Assembly: GCA_022813865.1 (NCBI GenBank) | Contig: JALDZX010000039.1 | Coordinates: forward strand, 124,001 to 188,000 | DNA: 64,000 bases | Source: Xylographa opegraphella | Taxonomy: Eukaryota | Reading direction: 5' to 3' | Part shown: positions 1 to 13,493 of the stretch, one piece after another | Layout of the letters: the number at the start of each line of letters is the position of its first letter | Position numbering within the stretch: position 1 is the first letter of the stretch | The notes under the pieces: generated by a model | Seen by the model: only the letters and a program-made list of their open reading frames with translations | Database searches by the model: none | Told to the model about the DNA's origin: nothing | Made by a program: the position numbers and the translations under genes

Positions 1-3000
1 GAGTATTCGTCCGAATGTTGTAGGTTATTCATTGTCTCCTTCCTCTATGTCCTTTATACAGAAAGAACTCGTCATGTGCTCTCAGACTGCATGATGGTCT
101 TCGGCTAAATCCGTCGTCGTTGTGTCGTGTCATGTCACTGACTTTTGCTCGTAGATTGCGGCAACTCTCTTGGAGGAGGCTCTGCGATGGCCACCTCAAC
201 AGACTGTAACATGGCATGTTCCGGCAATTCGACCGAGGCCTGTGGAGGCCCTAATCGGCTGACTCTCTTTCAAAACGGTGGAACTGCTCCAGCTGGTCCT
301 GTGCAAGATCCCGGCCCTCCAGGGTGGTCGTTACTTGGTTGCTACACGTAAGTTTACATCAATCGTCCTGCATCGTCTGTAGCATTCATATGTTCCCTGC
401 TTGTTTCCCAGCATCTCCACACATTGTTCCGCCAAGACATTCTTCGTTATTACGTCGTTGAACGCCAAGAATCACGAAGCGAAAACTTTAAAATACATGC
501 CGGTGCAGGTATCCCCCTGAATCACAAACCGTGAAGACTATCAATCTAGCTTTCTAGGAAATCTACATGTTGTGCTTTCATGCTGATCACGTTGGAAATA
601 CAGGGACGGCGGTACTCGAACGCTCCCTGTAGGCATGTCTACGCCTGGTGGATCCGGAAGCTTGACCGTTGCATTATGCACTACTGCTTGCAAGAACTCC
701 GGCTACACTTATGCTGGCGTCGAGTATGCCGGTGAATGCTACTGCGGAAATGCAATTGCAAGTGGCGGCCCGGCTGCGGATGGTTTCTCGGGCTGCAATA
801 TGCTTTGCAATGGGAACTCATCTGAGTATTGCGGTGGACCGAATAGACTCGATCTGTACAAACTCGGTGCTGCGGCTACTTCGTCCACGGCCACTTCTGC
901 TCCGACTGTTCCACCAGGCAATCCTGTACCTCCTGCATCGACCACTACCAGCCCCGTAGCAACCGGTACAGGTTCCGCAACAGGGCTTCCTACCGGTTGG
1001 TCATATCAAGGTTGTTACGTCGACGGTGCCAACGGACGCATCATTGCCAACCAGGAGCCCGATAGCCAATCAAACACCATCGAAACGTGTGTTTCCACAT
1101 GTGTGGGTCTCGGGTACTCGGTTGCGGGTATGGAATACGGGGTGCAGTGCTTCTGTGGTAACAAACTTGTCAACGGTGGAGTACTTGCACCCGCAGATAC
1201 CGACTGTAATGTTGCATGTGCCGGCAATTCGAAGGAAATGTGTGGTGGTGGGAACAGAATGAGCATATACTCAAAGGGGCCAGTTCAAGTTCAACAAGCA
1301 CCTGGTCCTCAGAAGACAGGCTTGCCCGGCTCCTGGACATACTCGGGATGCGTCACGTAAGTTCACCTACCTCCTCGCTCATGTTGAATCAGCTGAGCAC
1401 CGATCACTAACGAGTGCAGAGAAAATGCCACGCAACGGGTTTTCAAGTACCAAATCATTAATACCAACAATAACACTGCAACGAATTGCCTCACCCAATG
1501 TTCAAACTTCGGGTTTGGTGCTGGCGGTATGGAGTATGGCGAGGAATGCTGTATGTGTAGTGCTTTGCCTCAATACGCTGTTTCTATTGCTGACCTCAAT
1601 GATTAGATTGTGGTGATTCCCGCGATCTTATAGCTGCTGGATCTACAGTCCAACCTGATGCATCTTGCAATGTACCTTGCTCTGGCGACTCCTCATACCT
1701 TTGTGGTGGAGGCAATCTGATCAGTTATTACACATGGACTGGTGCTAACCTCCAAACCTGGAATTACCCCACTGGCAACGCTGCGGGTCAATACGAACAA
1801 CTGGTTGGCGGTGTCTGCATTCCTCTTCTTACCACGTCAAGTGTAAATGGAAAGTACACATTCGTGGAAAAGTTCGGTACAGGCGAAGCAAACTCGACTG
1901 GTGCATACGAGCTGGATCTTGCCGAGATCAATAATCCTGCTGCACTTTGGCGGACCATGCACGTCAAGACCGATGTGTTCTGTTCGGCAAGTATCACAAT
2001 GCCTGACAAGGTTGGACGACAGATCAATCTTGGCGGATGGTCTGGCGAGTCGACATATGGAGTCCGATTGTACTGGCCAGACGGGTCTCCTGGTGAGCCC
2101 AGTGTAAACGATTGGCAAGAGAACTACGAAGAGGTGTCTCTCCAGATTGGACGTTGGTATCCGAGCGCTATGGTCATGTCCAACGGATCGATTCTTATCA
2201 TGGGTGGTGAGAATGGATCAAATGGTCCACCTGTTCCGTCGCTCGAAATTATTCCAAAACCGCCAGGCGGCTTCACGCTGTACTGTGATTACCTCGACCG
2301 AACGGATCCTAACAATCTTTATCCGTTCCTTGCGGTACTTCCTTCAGGGAATATCTTTGTTGGATACTACAATGAGGCCAGAATCCTAGAACCAGTCAAT
2401 TTCGGAACAGTCAATCAGCTACCGAACATCCCCGGCTCAGTCAATGACTTCCTCGCAGGCCGTAACTACCCCCTCGAAGGGACCGCAGTCCTGATGCCTC
2501 AGTACGCCCCTTATACCGATCCCATCACATTGATGATCTGTGGTGGCTCAACTATAGGCGCCGCAACCGCAATTGACAACTGCGTCTCCATTCAGCCCGA
2601 GGCCGCAAATCCAGTGTGGACATTGGAGCGTATGCCATCGCAGCGTGTCATGCCGTGCATCACCGCTCTGCCAGACGGAACCTACCTCATCCTCAACGGC
2701 GCCACCCACGGTGTTGCCGGCTTCGGTCTTGCCGATGGTCCCAATCTCAACGCCATTCTCTACAACCCTGCGGCACCCGTCAACCAGCGCATGAGCGTCA
2801 TGGCCAATACCACTGTCGCGCGTCTCTATCACTCCGAAGCCATCCTCATGACTGACGGCCGTGTCATGGTCTCCGGCTCGGACCCGCAGGACGGCGTCCA
2901 CCCGGAGGAGTACCGCGTCGAAGTCTTCATCCCGCCCTACCGCATGACGGGCCTGACGGCGCCGTCGTACACTATCACCAACAAGGATTGGTCGTATGGC

Positions 3001-3315
3001 CAGAGCATCCAGATTCAAGTCACCCTCCACCAGGGCACGACGTCGACGATGAAGATCTCCCTCATGGGCGCCGTCAGTAGCACGCACGGCAACAGCATGG
3101 GCCAGCGCACCCTCTTCCCCTCCTTCTCCTGCGCCGGCACCACCTGCACCATCACCGCCCCGCCCAACAACAAGGTCTGCCCGCCCGGCTGGTTCCAGCT
3201 GTTCGTCGTCGACAACGGCAACCCGTCCAACGCGCAGTACGTCCGCATCGGAGGCGACCCCGCCAAATTGGGCAACTGGCCTAACTTCCCGGACTTCAAC
3301 ATCCCGGGCGTGTGA
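1..3315 (+). CDS. WSC-domain copper radical oxidase (AA5_1 glyoxal oxidase-like); 5' end lies outside the window
   Basis: Exons <1-19, 155-347, 604-1356, 1420-1550, 1607-3315, joined in frame by GT-AG introns. At least 4 WSC repeats (GCY..., AGVEY.xECYCGN, CxGNxxExCGG). Oxidase motifs DVFCS, RWYPS, RNYP, RLYHS and THGNSMGQR supply the expected Cys/Tyr/His copper and radical residues. C-terminal Ig-like PPGWFQLFV. Confidence 0.93.
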
Positions 3316-5036
3316 GTGTGCGCGTAGTGGAAGGAGCGGCGATGGAATGGTCGGCGGTACCGGTGGCGAATTGAAGCGAAATACCCTTTTTTTTTCTCCT
3401 TTCTTGTTTTCCTTTCTTACATGGCTTGGATATTTCTTTTCTTCTTTCACGAGGGACGAATATACCGTGGCGGGGATTTATGGGTCGGATTAACCTATGC
3501 GTCAATGTCTCTGCATATTGCTTAACTGCTAATCTCTATTCGTAGTCCAGGGGAAGGGGTATCGCTTTGGTTTTACGGGGGAATGGTTGGGTGGGTGGGT
3601 TAGGATGGGAACAGGGTCTCGTACGAGCTTGCTAGATAGGTACCGAGGATGCCTTTTTAATTTCTCTCTGACCGATGGATCTCACCGGCTTTTTGTATAA
3701 TAGCATTTGAGTACGCCGCTTTGCAGCTTGCAATCTCTCGTCAGCTTGTTCTCGCGTAAGCAAAGCATGCATCAATGATAGGGCCACGAAGTATTCCCCA
3801 CTGCGTGAACCCTTTTCGCGACTAACAGCCGGTTAACGTGGCCCACGCTATATTCTATAGCGCCATACGTCCCGCCCCGCGTACGTGAGAAGGCCCCGCC
3901 GTCGCTTTCTTGTGTCCTATACGCATTGTACCCTCGCATACAACGCAACAATTTAACCCCTCCTCCCTACTTTATATCCATACGATCCATCGCGGTATAT
4001 CGCCCCGCCACGACCCATAGCGCAGACAGTGGTACCGCTTCCCGCGTCGAGGAGGTCGTCAAACACGTTATACATGTGCCTCCCGCTCCCCCTCCTTCGC
4101 GCTTCACGCCGCTCCCCTTCATCCTCCTCCCCATCCCCAACCGCCACGAACCCCGCGCCATAGCACCTGTCCCAACGCCCCTCCGCACGCACAGAGGGTA
4201 TGCTCGTCAACCGGTTCCTCACGCGCGACGGGGCGGCGGCGGTGGAGGCGTGCGCCGGGGGCGAGGTGGCGGTGGGAGCCGTTCGGGGGGGTGGAGTGAA
4301 TGTTGGGAGCGGGGAAGGGGGGGGAAAGGAGGGAGGGGGAAGATGGTGGATGAGGACTGGGGAGCATGCCCGTTTACACGAGTTGTTAATGGGTATTCTT
4401 CAGGGGAACGTCTGATGGATTGCGCTATCTCCCGCGCTCTGTATGCGTGTGCGGAGCGGTGTTGTTTTTGCCGGGAGACATGCTCTTGGAGCGCCTTCGA
4501 GGGCGTGTTGTTCTTTTCAAACTTTTGGTATTTCGACGGCGAGTTGGCCCCTTGGATCGGATCACCGTTTGAGCGTTGGCTTCTTTGTGGCAGATCGGAT
4601 GTCTTCGTTTGATGATTGCTGAGTCGTGGGTGAAAGATTTGTGTGTCGCGGTCACTGGAGTGGTGTTTATCTCGTCGGATGGAATAGGGCAGCTTGATAG
4701 ATTGGAAGATGGCTGCTGGCGTTCGGAGTAGTGTTCGAAATGCTTCTTATCGCCGACGGAAGTCCGCGGCGAGTTTCGGGCCGACCTGTTGAATACCAGA
4801 TGTGATACTGTCAGGTGGCCTGAGTTGGTGCCCGAACTTATTTGTGCTTTCTGACATCATGTTGGCTCTTAGGCAGACGCACTCGACATATAAGCTGTGA
4901 AATCGAGCATTTCCCTCCTGGATAAGCCGGTCTTCTTCTTTACTCATTTCAAATCGCAACAGACGACGAGCCGAATCTGGATGCTGCATACAATATACGC
5001 CGGGCGGATAATGGCCATTGTGCTGACTATAGGTTC

Positions 5037-6691
5037 TCAAGTACACTGCTCCACTCTATCCTCGGCCTCCCTTTCACTCACAAGCCACGCCTCACAATCA
5101 AATCCCAGCTCTTCCACCGTAGTCACCGAATGCCTGTCGTCTCCCCGATCCGCAAACGCTTTCTTGATAGCAGGGAATTTCTGACGCAGCCACCTTTCTT
5201 TCTCATTCCACTTGTGAGGCATTTTACCGACTTGACTATCGGTCTGGGCGGCCCAGTCGTACAGGAAATTGTGATAGTCAAAGTCCTGCGGGAAATTCAG
5301 CGTGTGAAAATCCTTGCCGTCACCTTTTTCGGCAATGACGCCGTCCTCCCATTCGTGCATTTTCTTGATGCTTGGCAGCTGCATACGGTTGCTCCACACT
5401 CTAGCGATCACTGCCGATTGAGCTTCGCATAGAGGGAACGGCAGAATACGCATTGGGAGTGTGAGAAAGGCCAAAGAGGGATGTTCGATGTAGAAGATAT
5501 GCTGGAACAGGTTCTTCACACGGAGGCCGTCGCTGATGAGCTGGGAGCGTAGAGATGGGAGGAATGGGTAGGAGTAGAGGTAGCCAGTGCAGTAGACTAT
5601 TGCGTCGATGTCTGTTTCCACACGCCCGTCAGAGAAGCGTACCGCCTGATTTTTGACCGACGGTGAGATGTATTCTATTATTTCGGGGACGTCTTCCCGG
5701 CCAGCGGATGAGCTGAGGAGGAAAGATTCGGAGCGGCTGGAGATCAGGAGTGGAGGCGCACAATAGCTCACTATCTGAGCCGCGATGTCCACTCCGGAGG
5801 CCGCATTACCCACGACAATGACTTTCTTGTTCTCGAAATCTTCGGGTTTTCTGAAGAATTTAGAGTGTGAAATAACCAAAGGATAGGCGGTATTCCACTC
5901 CTTCATGCCTGGAACTGATGGAATAAAGGGAACTGTATAGTGTCCACTACTGACAATCACTGCATGGTAGAGAGCAGTACTTTGCAGTCCGCTGATAAGA
6001 TTCTCGGATCGAACGGTCCAGACATCATGAATTCCTTGGGGATTCTGCAAGCGAACGTCTATAACCTGGGTCTGAAATTGGATGAGAGGTTTCACATCTT
6101 CGGCATAACGCTCGAGGTAGTCAGTGACAACATCACGGTGTGGAAACAGCTGACATTCAGGTGGAAGTGGCGTGTCGGAATAGCTCATCAGGGGCTTGGG
6201 GATATTGGTTTCGAGGCGATCGTACATTGGAGAAGTAAAAATGGGAACAGACACTTTGCCCGTATCGCTCCAGGTGGGCTGGTCTAACGGTTGGTCCGGA
6301 TTGGTTTGCGGAACATCAATTGTGTTCTCCGAGCTTAGTTCCGAATAATTCCAGGCACCTCCTGTGGTAGCTTGCTGTTCATATATGTCTATTGTCTCAA
6401 ACCAATTCTCGGCGATGAGGTACCTGATCCAGGTCAGTAAGCGAGACGGAAATGATCAACGGGCGGGTGGTGTGATGTAACAGAATTAGGGTAGATACAA
6501 GTCACGTGCCTGAGATGGCCACAGCGGACAGCTCATTGCTTTCGTGTGGGCCGTGACCGCTACTTTGTATTCCTGATACATTACTACCTCCTCTGGCGCC
6601 AACGTGTGACTAACCTTGCCGCTGTGACTCCTGCAGGTCCCCCTCCGATTATAGCGATGCGGCGAATAGGAGCTTCTGGTAGGGAACCCAT
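5037..6691 (-). CDS. Flavin-containing monooxygenase (Fmo1-like, class B)
   Basis: Exon 1 6691-6615 (MGSLPEAPIRRIAIIGGGPAG), intron 6614-6424, exon 2 6423-5037. Motifs GGAWNY, SPMYDRLETNIP, FMO motif (YPLVISHSKFF), NADPH motif VGNAASGVDIA, and YCTGY. Confidence 0.93.
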
Positions 6692-7943
6692 TCTGGATCC
6701 TCAACCGTAGTCAGCACAAAAAGTCCGTGGTCGAGGTCGAACAAGCCGCAGCGGCGTGAGGAGATGAGGCAGAACCTCTGAAACAAATACATAAAACACT
6801 GCTTTTGGATAACGTATTTATAACGAGCAGCTAGGTCATGGAGAGATATGATGTCATCATGCAAGCTTCGCTGGTAAATGCACCCTCGAAAGGTAGGTAG
6901 GTACTCAGGAGAACATATGACCTACAAAGCTTATGAAGCACTAACAAATCATCAAACATGGTACTTAAAATGCTCAATACGTCCCGCTTTTTCCTTTCGC
7001 TTCTGAGATGGTATGAGCTTCGAAAAGCATTCGGTGATTTATAATAGTGCACGTTGTTTCGCTTTGAAGGTACCTTACCTATATATTCCCTTTTTCTGAC
7101 GAACGTAGGGCTTATGAACGCAACCATCTCACGTTCATCAAAAGGTAAGCATGCGATATATTACAGCCCGCATCAAGCGTAAGTGGAGTTCCTGCAGGGC
7201 AAAAGGGTAGTCCACCGGGTTCTCCCCATGAGATATCCAAATCATACTCGTTCTCCCCATAGCTTATGTACTCTACCGAGAAGTCTTCTCACGTTGGATG
7301 ATTTTTGCTTCACCATAGAGGTGCGTGCTTAGGTATTTCCAACTGTGTAGACTCTAGTCCGCGATAATCCTTGTTCCATTGAGATATTCGTTACCACACA
7401 TCGTCCATATGCATGGAGGCTTGCGAGTATCAAGGGAGAGACAAATAGCTGTCCAACATGTCTGCACAAATGTACCAGGACGAGAATACATCTCGGCGAA
7501 GGCGCCTCGTTTACCGTTAACGAGTCGCGCTTCGTCACGACCGCTGGAAGCGGCTCGAACAGTGATCTTCAAGCTGAAAACTCCTACTCAGGGAGACAGT
7601 GATTCAGATGTGCTGGGGGAAATGAGCTTCCTCGGATCCTTGTCCGTATAACCTGTTGCCGACAACATTGAACCTGAACGGACGGCTTTGGTGGAGGCGG
7701 GGATAGCTCGCTTAGTCCTATCCTAAGACCTCAAACAGGGTTAGCGTGGACGACTTGTGATAGATCAACTCGACCACAGTGACAGATCATACGCGTCTTT
7801 GTATGGCGAGTGGGGAAGACTTGGTGGGATATGTGGCATGACAGGCTTCGCGTAGGAAACATTGAACCATATAAAATTATCACGAAGCCACCTCAGATCA
7901 TGGCTGCTGTCCTCCAGTGTAGCAACGCATTGACGCGGTCATA

Positions 7944-10900
7944 ATGCCTCGACGAAAACGCCGGAATAGCTCAGAATCGTCTTCATATGGGTCGCTGAAC
8001 AAGAGGCGCCGATGCTCACACGCTGGTAGCGAAACACCAACCACTGCGCCGTTCGGCTCGCAAGGGAAACTGTACAAAGTAAGGGATATCATAAACGAGA
8101 AAGGCCGCAAGTATTTGATCGATTGGGAAGACGACCCAGAAACTGGGGAAAAGTATCAACCAACTTGGGTTAGTATCCCGATTATGACTTGGAGGAGCGT
8201 AATGCGCTTTAAAGATATCTTTGAATGACGATACATTTTCGGTCTTTATTAAGGTTGCTAATACTCACAGCAGGAGCCGAAAAGCTACGCCAACGCTGAA
8301 GCCGTTGCTGCTTGGAAGCAACAGCAGCGGAGAAAAAAGCAGTCTAAGAGGAATCGGTCGACTCCAAGCACGGCATCGCGTGCAACGACTGTCGACACCA
8401 AAGCTACTACCGAGAGTCGTCCTCACGTAACTCGTTCCAGGCGTCGTCTTGTTATCAATTCTTCGTCGTCGCCCATTGAGAACCGTCAACAGAATCAGCA
8501 GCCAGCCACTCCGGAGGTTGCTTCGACTGTTGATAGCCAGCTAACGCCGCCTTCTAGCTGTACAACAGCACAGCCTGGACTTGCAATAGAGATATCTCCA
8601 CATAGCACTCTCCGCCGTAGTCAGTTCGTTTATTATTCCGTGGCTGTATCGTCGCAGTCGCAGGAGTATACTCAACAAGACCAAGTGGATTCTGGTATCG
8701 GCGAATCATCCCCGGCGCCAGCATACCGCTCTCCGTACGCTGCGCTTCACCGAAGCGGCATTATCCCAGATTCTCAGAGTCTCCCTGGCTCTGCAAGCTA
8801 TATCTTCACCAATAGCAAATCCAGCACCAATCTCGGCGTACGCCCGTCAACAGCTTCTCCAACTAGCCGAGTTATCGATACCAGGAGCTCAGTGCACAGC
8901 AGATCTTCAAGCTTGGCCGACGCAGAAATAAGTGAATCTATTGAAACTAGTGTACCTCTGCGTGGGAGTGGAAGACTTTCGACATCGACTTCGCCAGGCC
9001 AGTCAACTCCAGTGTCGCAACGCTCAAAGAGGAAATCACCAAACATAAAAAGGAGAGCTCACCCGTTGAGAATAGTCTCCAGCCCCGAGGGAGGGCCGCA
9101 ACAAGAAACCGAAATCAACGACCCTGAGCTACAGAGCTGTCTAATTGATCACTCAACCAGATCCAAAGACGCAAGAGAAATATCCTCAGCATTCGAGCCA
9201 TTGACCCAAGGTACAAAAAGTATATCTCCTTTGCGCGCGGAGCTGCAAGCGATCGAAAGCGTGTCCGCAAAAAGGCTGCCCGATTCGAGAGAAGCTTTCC
9301 TGTTGAATTACGAATCGCAAGATTCCAATTTTCAAACACAGATTCCCTTCAACATAAATAATCCAACATCTGTGCACTCGCAAGGCACGCAACACTCGTC
9401 TGGTGAGTCTGCAGGAATAAAATTTCCGTGACTCTAGGTTGGGCTAACAGACCTGTATTGTAGTGGAGCTTTGGCAGGGTGGGCAGCACGTAGTCACAAC
9501 AATTCCATCAGACTTACAAGTCTCATCGATAAACACTACTGATCCTAACTTGACTTTCAACGAACTTCTCATTCCGGATATAGATGAAGTCGACGCCATA
9601 CCTGGCTTGTCTTCACACGTGAATAAAACACTTGTGGACAGCAAATCTTCCAATACCAGTCAAACTACAATCTTGACCCAACGGGATCCAAACTCCCAAT
9701 CCGGCAGACATATTCACTCTGCCCAAGTAAAAGAAGATATCATAGTAACGTCAATCGAGTCACCAGACTTTGTTGCTGAGGACATATCTTCGTTCCTCCT
9801 TGGATCAACACCATCTCAACTTCCAGAAGGTCTGGACTCCAACATACCACCACGTTCGGCAACCCCATCCGAGCTTGACATGTCGGACGAACTTCAGACG
9901 CTGGCAGGTGCCGTCCCTCAAGGTACCCCTCTTCGATCAATGTCGACACGGCCTGGGCTTCGCGAGAAATTGAGGAGTATGAGGGCCGCATCTGCAGCAG
10001 AAGCATCCGCTCGAAATGCTAGTCGTGAATCGTCTTCCTTCTTACCGTCCAGCAAATCGCCATCCATGATACCAGAAGCTGCTTCACAGGCCAGTACAGC
10101 GGACTCGAGGCTGGAAGTGAGAAAAATCGAAGCGCCACTACCACAACCGGCATTCCAAACTAATCCGCATACGCCAGCAAATCCAAGTAAGTTGCACTTA
10201 CACAAGGAGATGTCTCAATTATCGACGAACACTTCACTTTGCACCCCTAGGCTGGATTACATGGAATTCGTGGTCCCACTACCGGCACCATCGCGGGTCA
10301 AGGATCAGTATGTCGAGCTACTTGATTCATATCGAACTACCATCAAGAGATTTCACGATGATGATGGTATGGACAAAGCGTTGGCCAGTACCATTCAGCA
10401 CATGCTTGATCGCCTCAATAATATTGCTACTCATATTGATCTTGACAACGATACCACGATGATTCAGCATGACCAAGACGTAGCCTCGTCTGTGCAGGTT
10501 ACGTGGGCGGTTGACTCGAGCGCAAAATTCCAATTTTTACGGCAGCTTATCCAGTGCCTATACGACAAGAGGGTCAACATTGCCATTGTCGCTAAGGGTG
10601 GAAGGCTCTTGGACCTCCTCGAGATATTCGTGAAGGGATTTCCAGTTGAATACTACCGAGTCAATTCGGAAATCAGACCTGGATATTTCCCCCGCACCAC
10701 TTCAAATATGATGATAACGCTGATCCCCTCTGGTTACGGAGCGCCATTTCACATGCCTGCACCTGCAAACCTGATCGTTGCATTCGATGCTTCGGTTAAT
10801 CAAGAGATCAATGACATGCACGCTCCGAGAACATACCATTCAAGTGAGGGGCGTACGGTACCTACCGTGTATCTCCTGGTCTATGGCTCAGCGGAACATA

Positions 10901-12268
10901 TTCAACGATGCTTACCCCCTTCGACCGAAGGATCTAATTATCTAAAGATGCTAGTCGAATGTGTCACCCGCAACAGAGAAGAAATAGGCAATCTTCTGCC
11001 AGAGGAGCACAGTCCGGTGGCAGCAGCCGACGAGGTTGCAGCATTCATCACGGCGGGAGGGTTAGAACGCATGTGGACTTTGCCCATGATTCGGCCTATT
11101 GACATGGGCATAGCCGGCTGGAGTCAGCCAATATCCTCAACAACTCGACCAGAAACTCAATTAACGAGTAATGGTGGTAGTGTCACGCCGGGACAACATA
11201 AGAGGCCGATGGTAAGTCGATGACTCAGTCATATAAGCTGGTTAGAAATGCTAACACATAAAAGAGCGTGGCTGAAGATAGTTCGGAGAGCGTCAAGCGG
11301 CAGCGGATGACTCCCGTACCAGACATCACCCACGTTAGTGATTCCATAGCACAGTCTACGCAAGAGGTGAGTTATCAAAAGGCGATTCTGGGCAGAGATG
11401 CTCATAACAGTAGGCATCCAAAGTCATCAGCGATCTCCAGCTTGCATTGAGCAAGGCGGAATCCGATCTCGCCAACGTCAAGATCGGACACGAAGCTCGC
11501 GTGGACGAGTTGCAAGCCAGCATCGAGGGTCATAAGCAGCAGATCCAGGAGCGCATGGAATCGCTGAGTGAACTGCAGCGACGATACGAAGAACGGGACA
11601 CGGAATACCATGCACTCCGTCACGAGAAGGAAGAACTCATTGCGGCCGGCCTGAGCGCAGAGCGCAAGCGCGAAGCCTTGATCGTCGAGAATGCCAGGCT
11701 CAAGGAAGAGCGTCAGGCCCTGGACGCGGAACTGCGGGGCGCACGAGAGTCCTTGGGGTCATCGGCCATCCCTCAGGTGGCCGAAGTCGAATCGCTGCGA
11801 TCGCATCTGAGGGCCCTCGCGCAGGACAAGGCCACGCTCGAGAGGAGGACGACGTCGATGGCGGCCGACTTCGACTTCACGCGGCAACAGTACCAGCTTG
11901 CCTCATCCTCGGCCGCCGGATCGGCGATGCGGGTGACGGAGCTGGAGGCCGAAGTGGCGGTGCTCCGCCAGCGCGCATCGGGCGAGGCGGTGAAGCTGCG
12001 GCAGGCGACGGTGGCGGATGCGCTCGAGCGGCAGGGCGACGAGAACGAGAAGCTGGCGGCGGAGAATGCCGATCTGCGGGAGCTGCTGCGGAAGAAGGAG
12101 CGGGGCAAGGGCGTCACGACGCGCACGGGCAGCGTCGCGCCGAAGAGCCCCCGGCTCGGGAACAGCCCCGCGAGGAGTCGGGCGGGCAGTCGGGCGCCCG
12201 GCAGCCGGCCGGCCAGCCCAGTGCGCGGCTTCTTGGGGGTGCGCAAGGGGAGAGGGCCGATGGATTGA
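7944..12268 (+). CDS. Chromodomain-like + HDA2/3-like domain + C-terminal coiled-coil nuclear protein
   Basis: Exons 7944-8168, 8274(or 8271)-9402, 9464-11211, 11265-11366, 11414-12268. N-terminal basic NLS-like MPRRKRR and chromo-like LYKVRDII..KYLIDWE..PTWEP..AVAAW. Middle region NNIATHIDL..SSAKFQFLRQLI resembles the class II HDAC complex subunit 2/3 domain. Heptad-rich C-terminus. Confidence 0.75.
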
Positions 12269-12291
12269 TGAGGGCCGATGGATTGATGAGG
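12252..12291 (+). repeat. 18-bp tandem duplication (GAGGGCCGATGGATTGAT x2 + partial) spanning the stop codon
   Basis: Read directly from the sequence. Confidence 0.9.
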
Positions 12292-12688
12292 AAGCCGGCC
12301 CGGGTCGTTGGATATTTGCTGGTGGCCGCCCAGGTACCAATCATGGAGGGAGGCCTGATGTGTGGCCTTTCTCGGTGGTATTATGCTTCATTGGATGTCA
12401 TGTTTCAGAGAATGCCGTTGATCAGTAATTATGATGATGCCGATCCGCCTTGGTGCTACCTTGGCGATCCGTCATATGGTCGAGCTTTTCCCCAGAGGGG
12501 TTCAGAGGACCGTTCCATTATTTAGCATGAGGTTAGACTACTCGGACGAATATCACTTGTCTCAACGGAGCATGCATGTTTTTCATGCCATCGTCAGGAA
12601 TCGATATCCGTCTTCCAGTGATCTGGCTGAGAACACAACCCAAAATGTCCAAACCACCGCTGCCAGCTACCTACCAGGACCTCAACAT

Positions 12689-13493
12689 AGGGGGTTGTGA
12701 GCGGGGACCATATGACGCGCTTCCCCACAACGCTGCCGCCCAATGACGGCAAGGGGGTGGACTCAGCCCCTCCGCAATGTGACGTCGTCCGGTGGCATCC
12801 CGGCGGAAAAGCACAGCCCGCCGTTTGGGGCAGGAACGAAGATCCTGAATCAAATCAGCCCGTGTCACCTAACACAGTAACAAGGGGCCCAGTCCCGCCT
12901 GCCAATCAGCGTGCGCAAAAGAACCCCTTTACAGGCGTAGGCGCACAGGCACTTTTCCCCCCTCCCCCCTAACCCGGTGTTGATCGGCGGCTCCCCCCCT
13001 ATGAAGGAATATCATTGGCCACCGGCACTGGCATTCTCGATGGGCCTGGGGTTTATCAGATCTCCGTCGAGAATTGCGATCAGCTGCCTGGCCAGTGGAC
13101 GGCTTTTTCGCAACCGCAATCTCGATGCGTTGGAGGCGATCGTTCTTCGATATAGCACAAGAACCTTACCTTTACCTATTACCTTGCTTAGCCTAGCTGT
13201 CTGCACGCGGCTGGAAACGGCCCCCGATGATATCAGGGTCCACCCCCCCCCGTCCTCGACATCGGATTCTGATTGGTGCATCGCCCCAAGCCCGCTCTTG
13301 CCTACAGGCAGCACGCAGGGGCGAGCAGGGGCAAGCGAGACGGGTGGCTGAGACCCTATTCTGCGCGGCTAGGCCATTTGCGGCCTGCGATCGGCGGGCC
13401 CGATGATGTCGGTAGGCTCGTCATGAATGGGTCAGGGAAAGCCTGGCGCAGGGGGGGGTGGGGCTGGGGGTTGGGGAAGCAGGTACTTTAAAT
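12689..13493 (+). promoter_or_regulatory. Putative stress-responsive promoter: STRE (AGGGG/CCCCT) cluster, CRE-like TGACGT, G4-like tract, TATA-like TTTAAA
   Basis: STRE matches near 12689, 12752, 12767, 12883, 12959, 12966, 12996, 13327, 13450. TGACGT at about 12780. Four G-runs at 13451-13476. All lie upstream of the small gene at 13700. Confidence 0.4.

Noticed and set aside
348..603. Long introns (also 6424-6614 and 61130-61387) as snoRNA, riboswitch or stwintron hosts
   Set aside because: No convincing C/D or H/ACA boxes, TPP motifs or nested splice signals seen.
2548..3450. 300-aa antisense ORF
   Set aside because: Shadow of the GC3-rich oxidase exon. The same applies to 35694-36512, 40515-41327 and 47128-47898.
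3926..4612. 228-aa plus-strand ORF
   Set aside because: Non-ATG start; its Pro-then-Gly composition simply mirrors the base skew.
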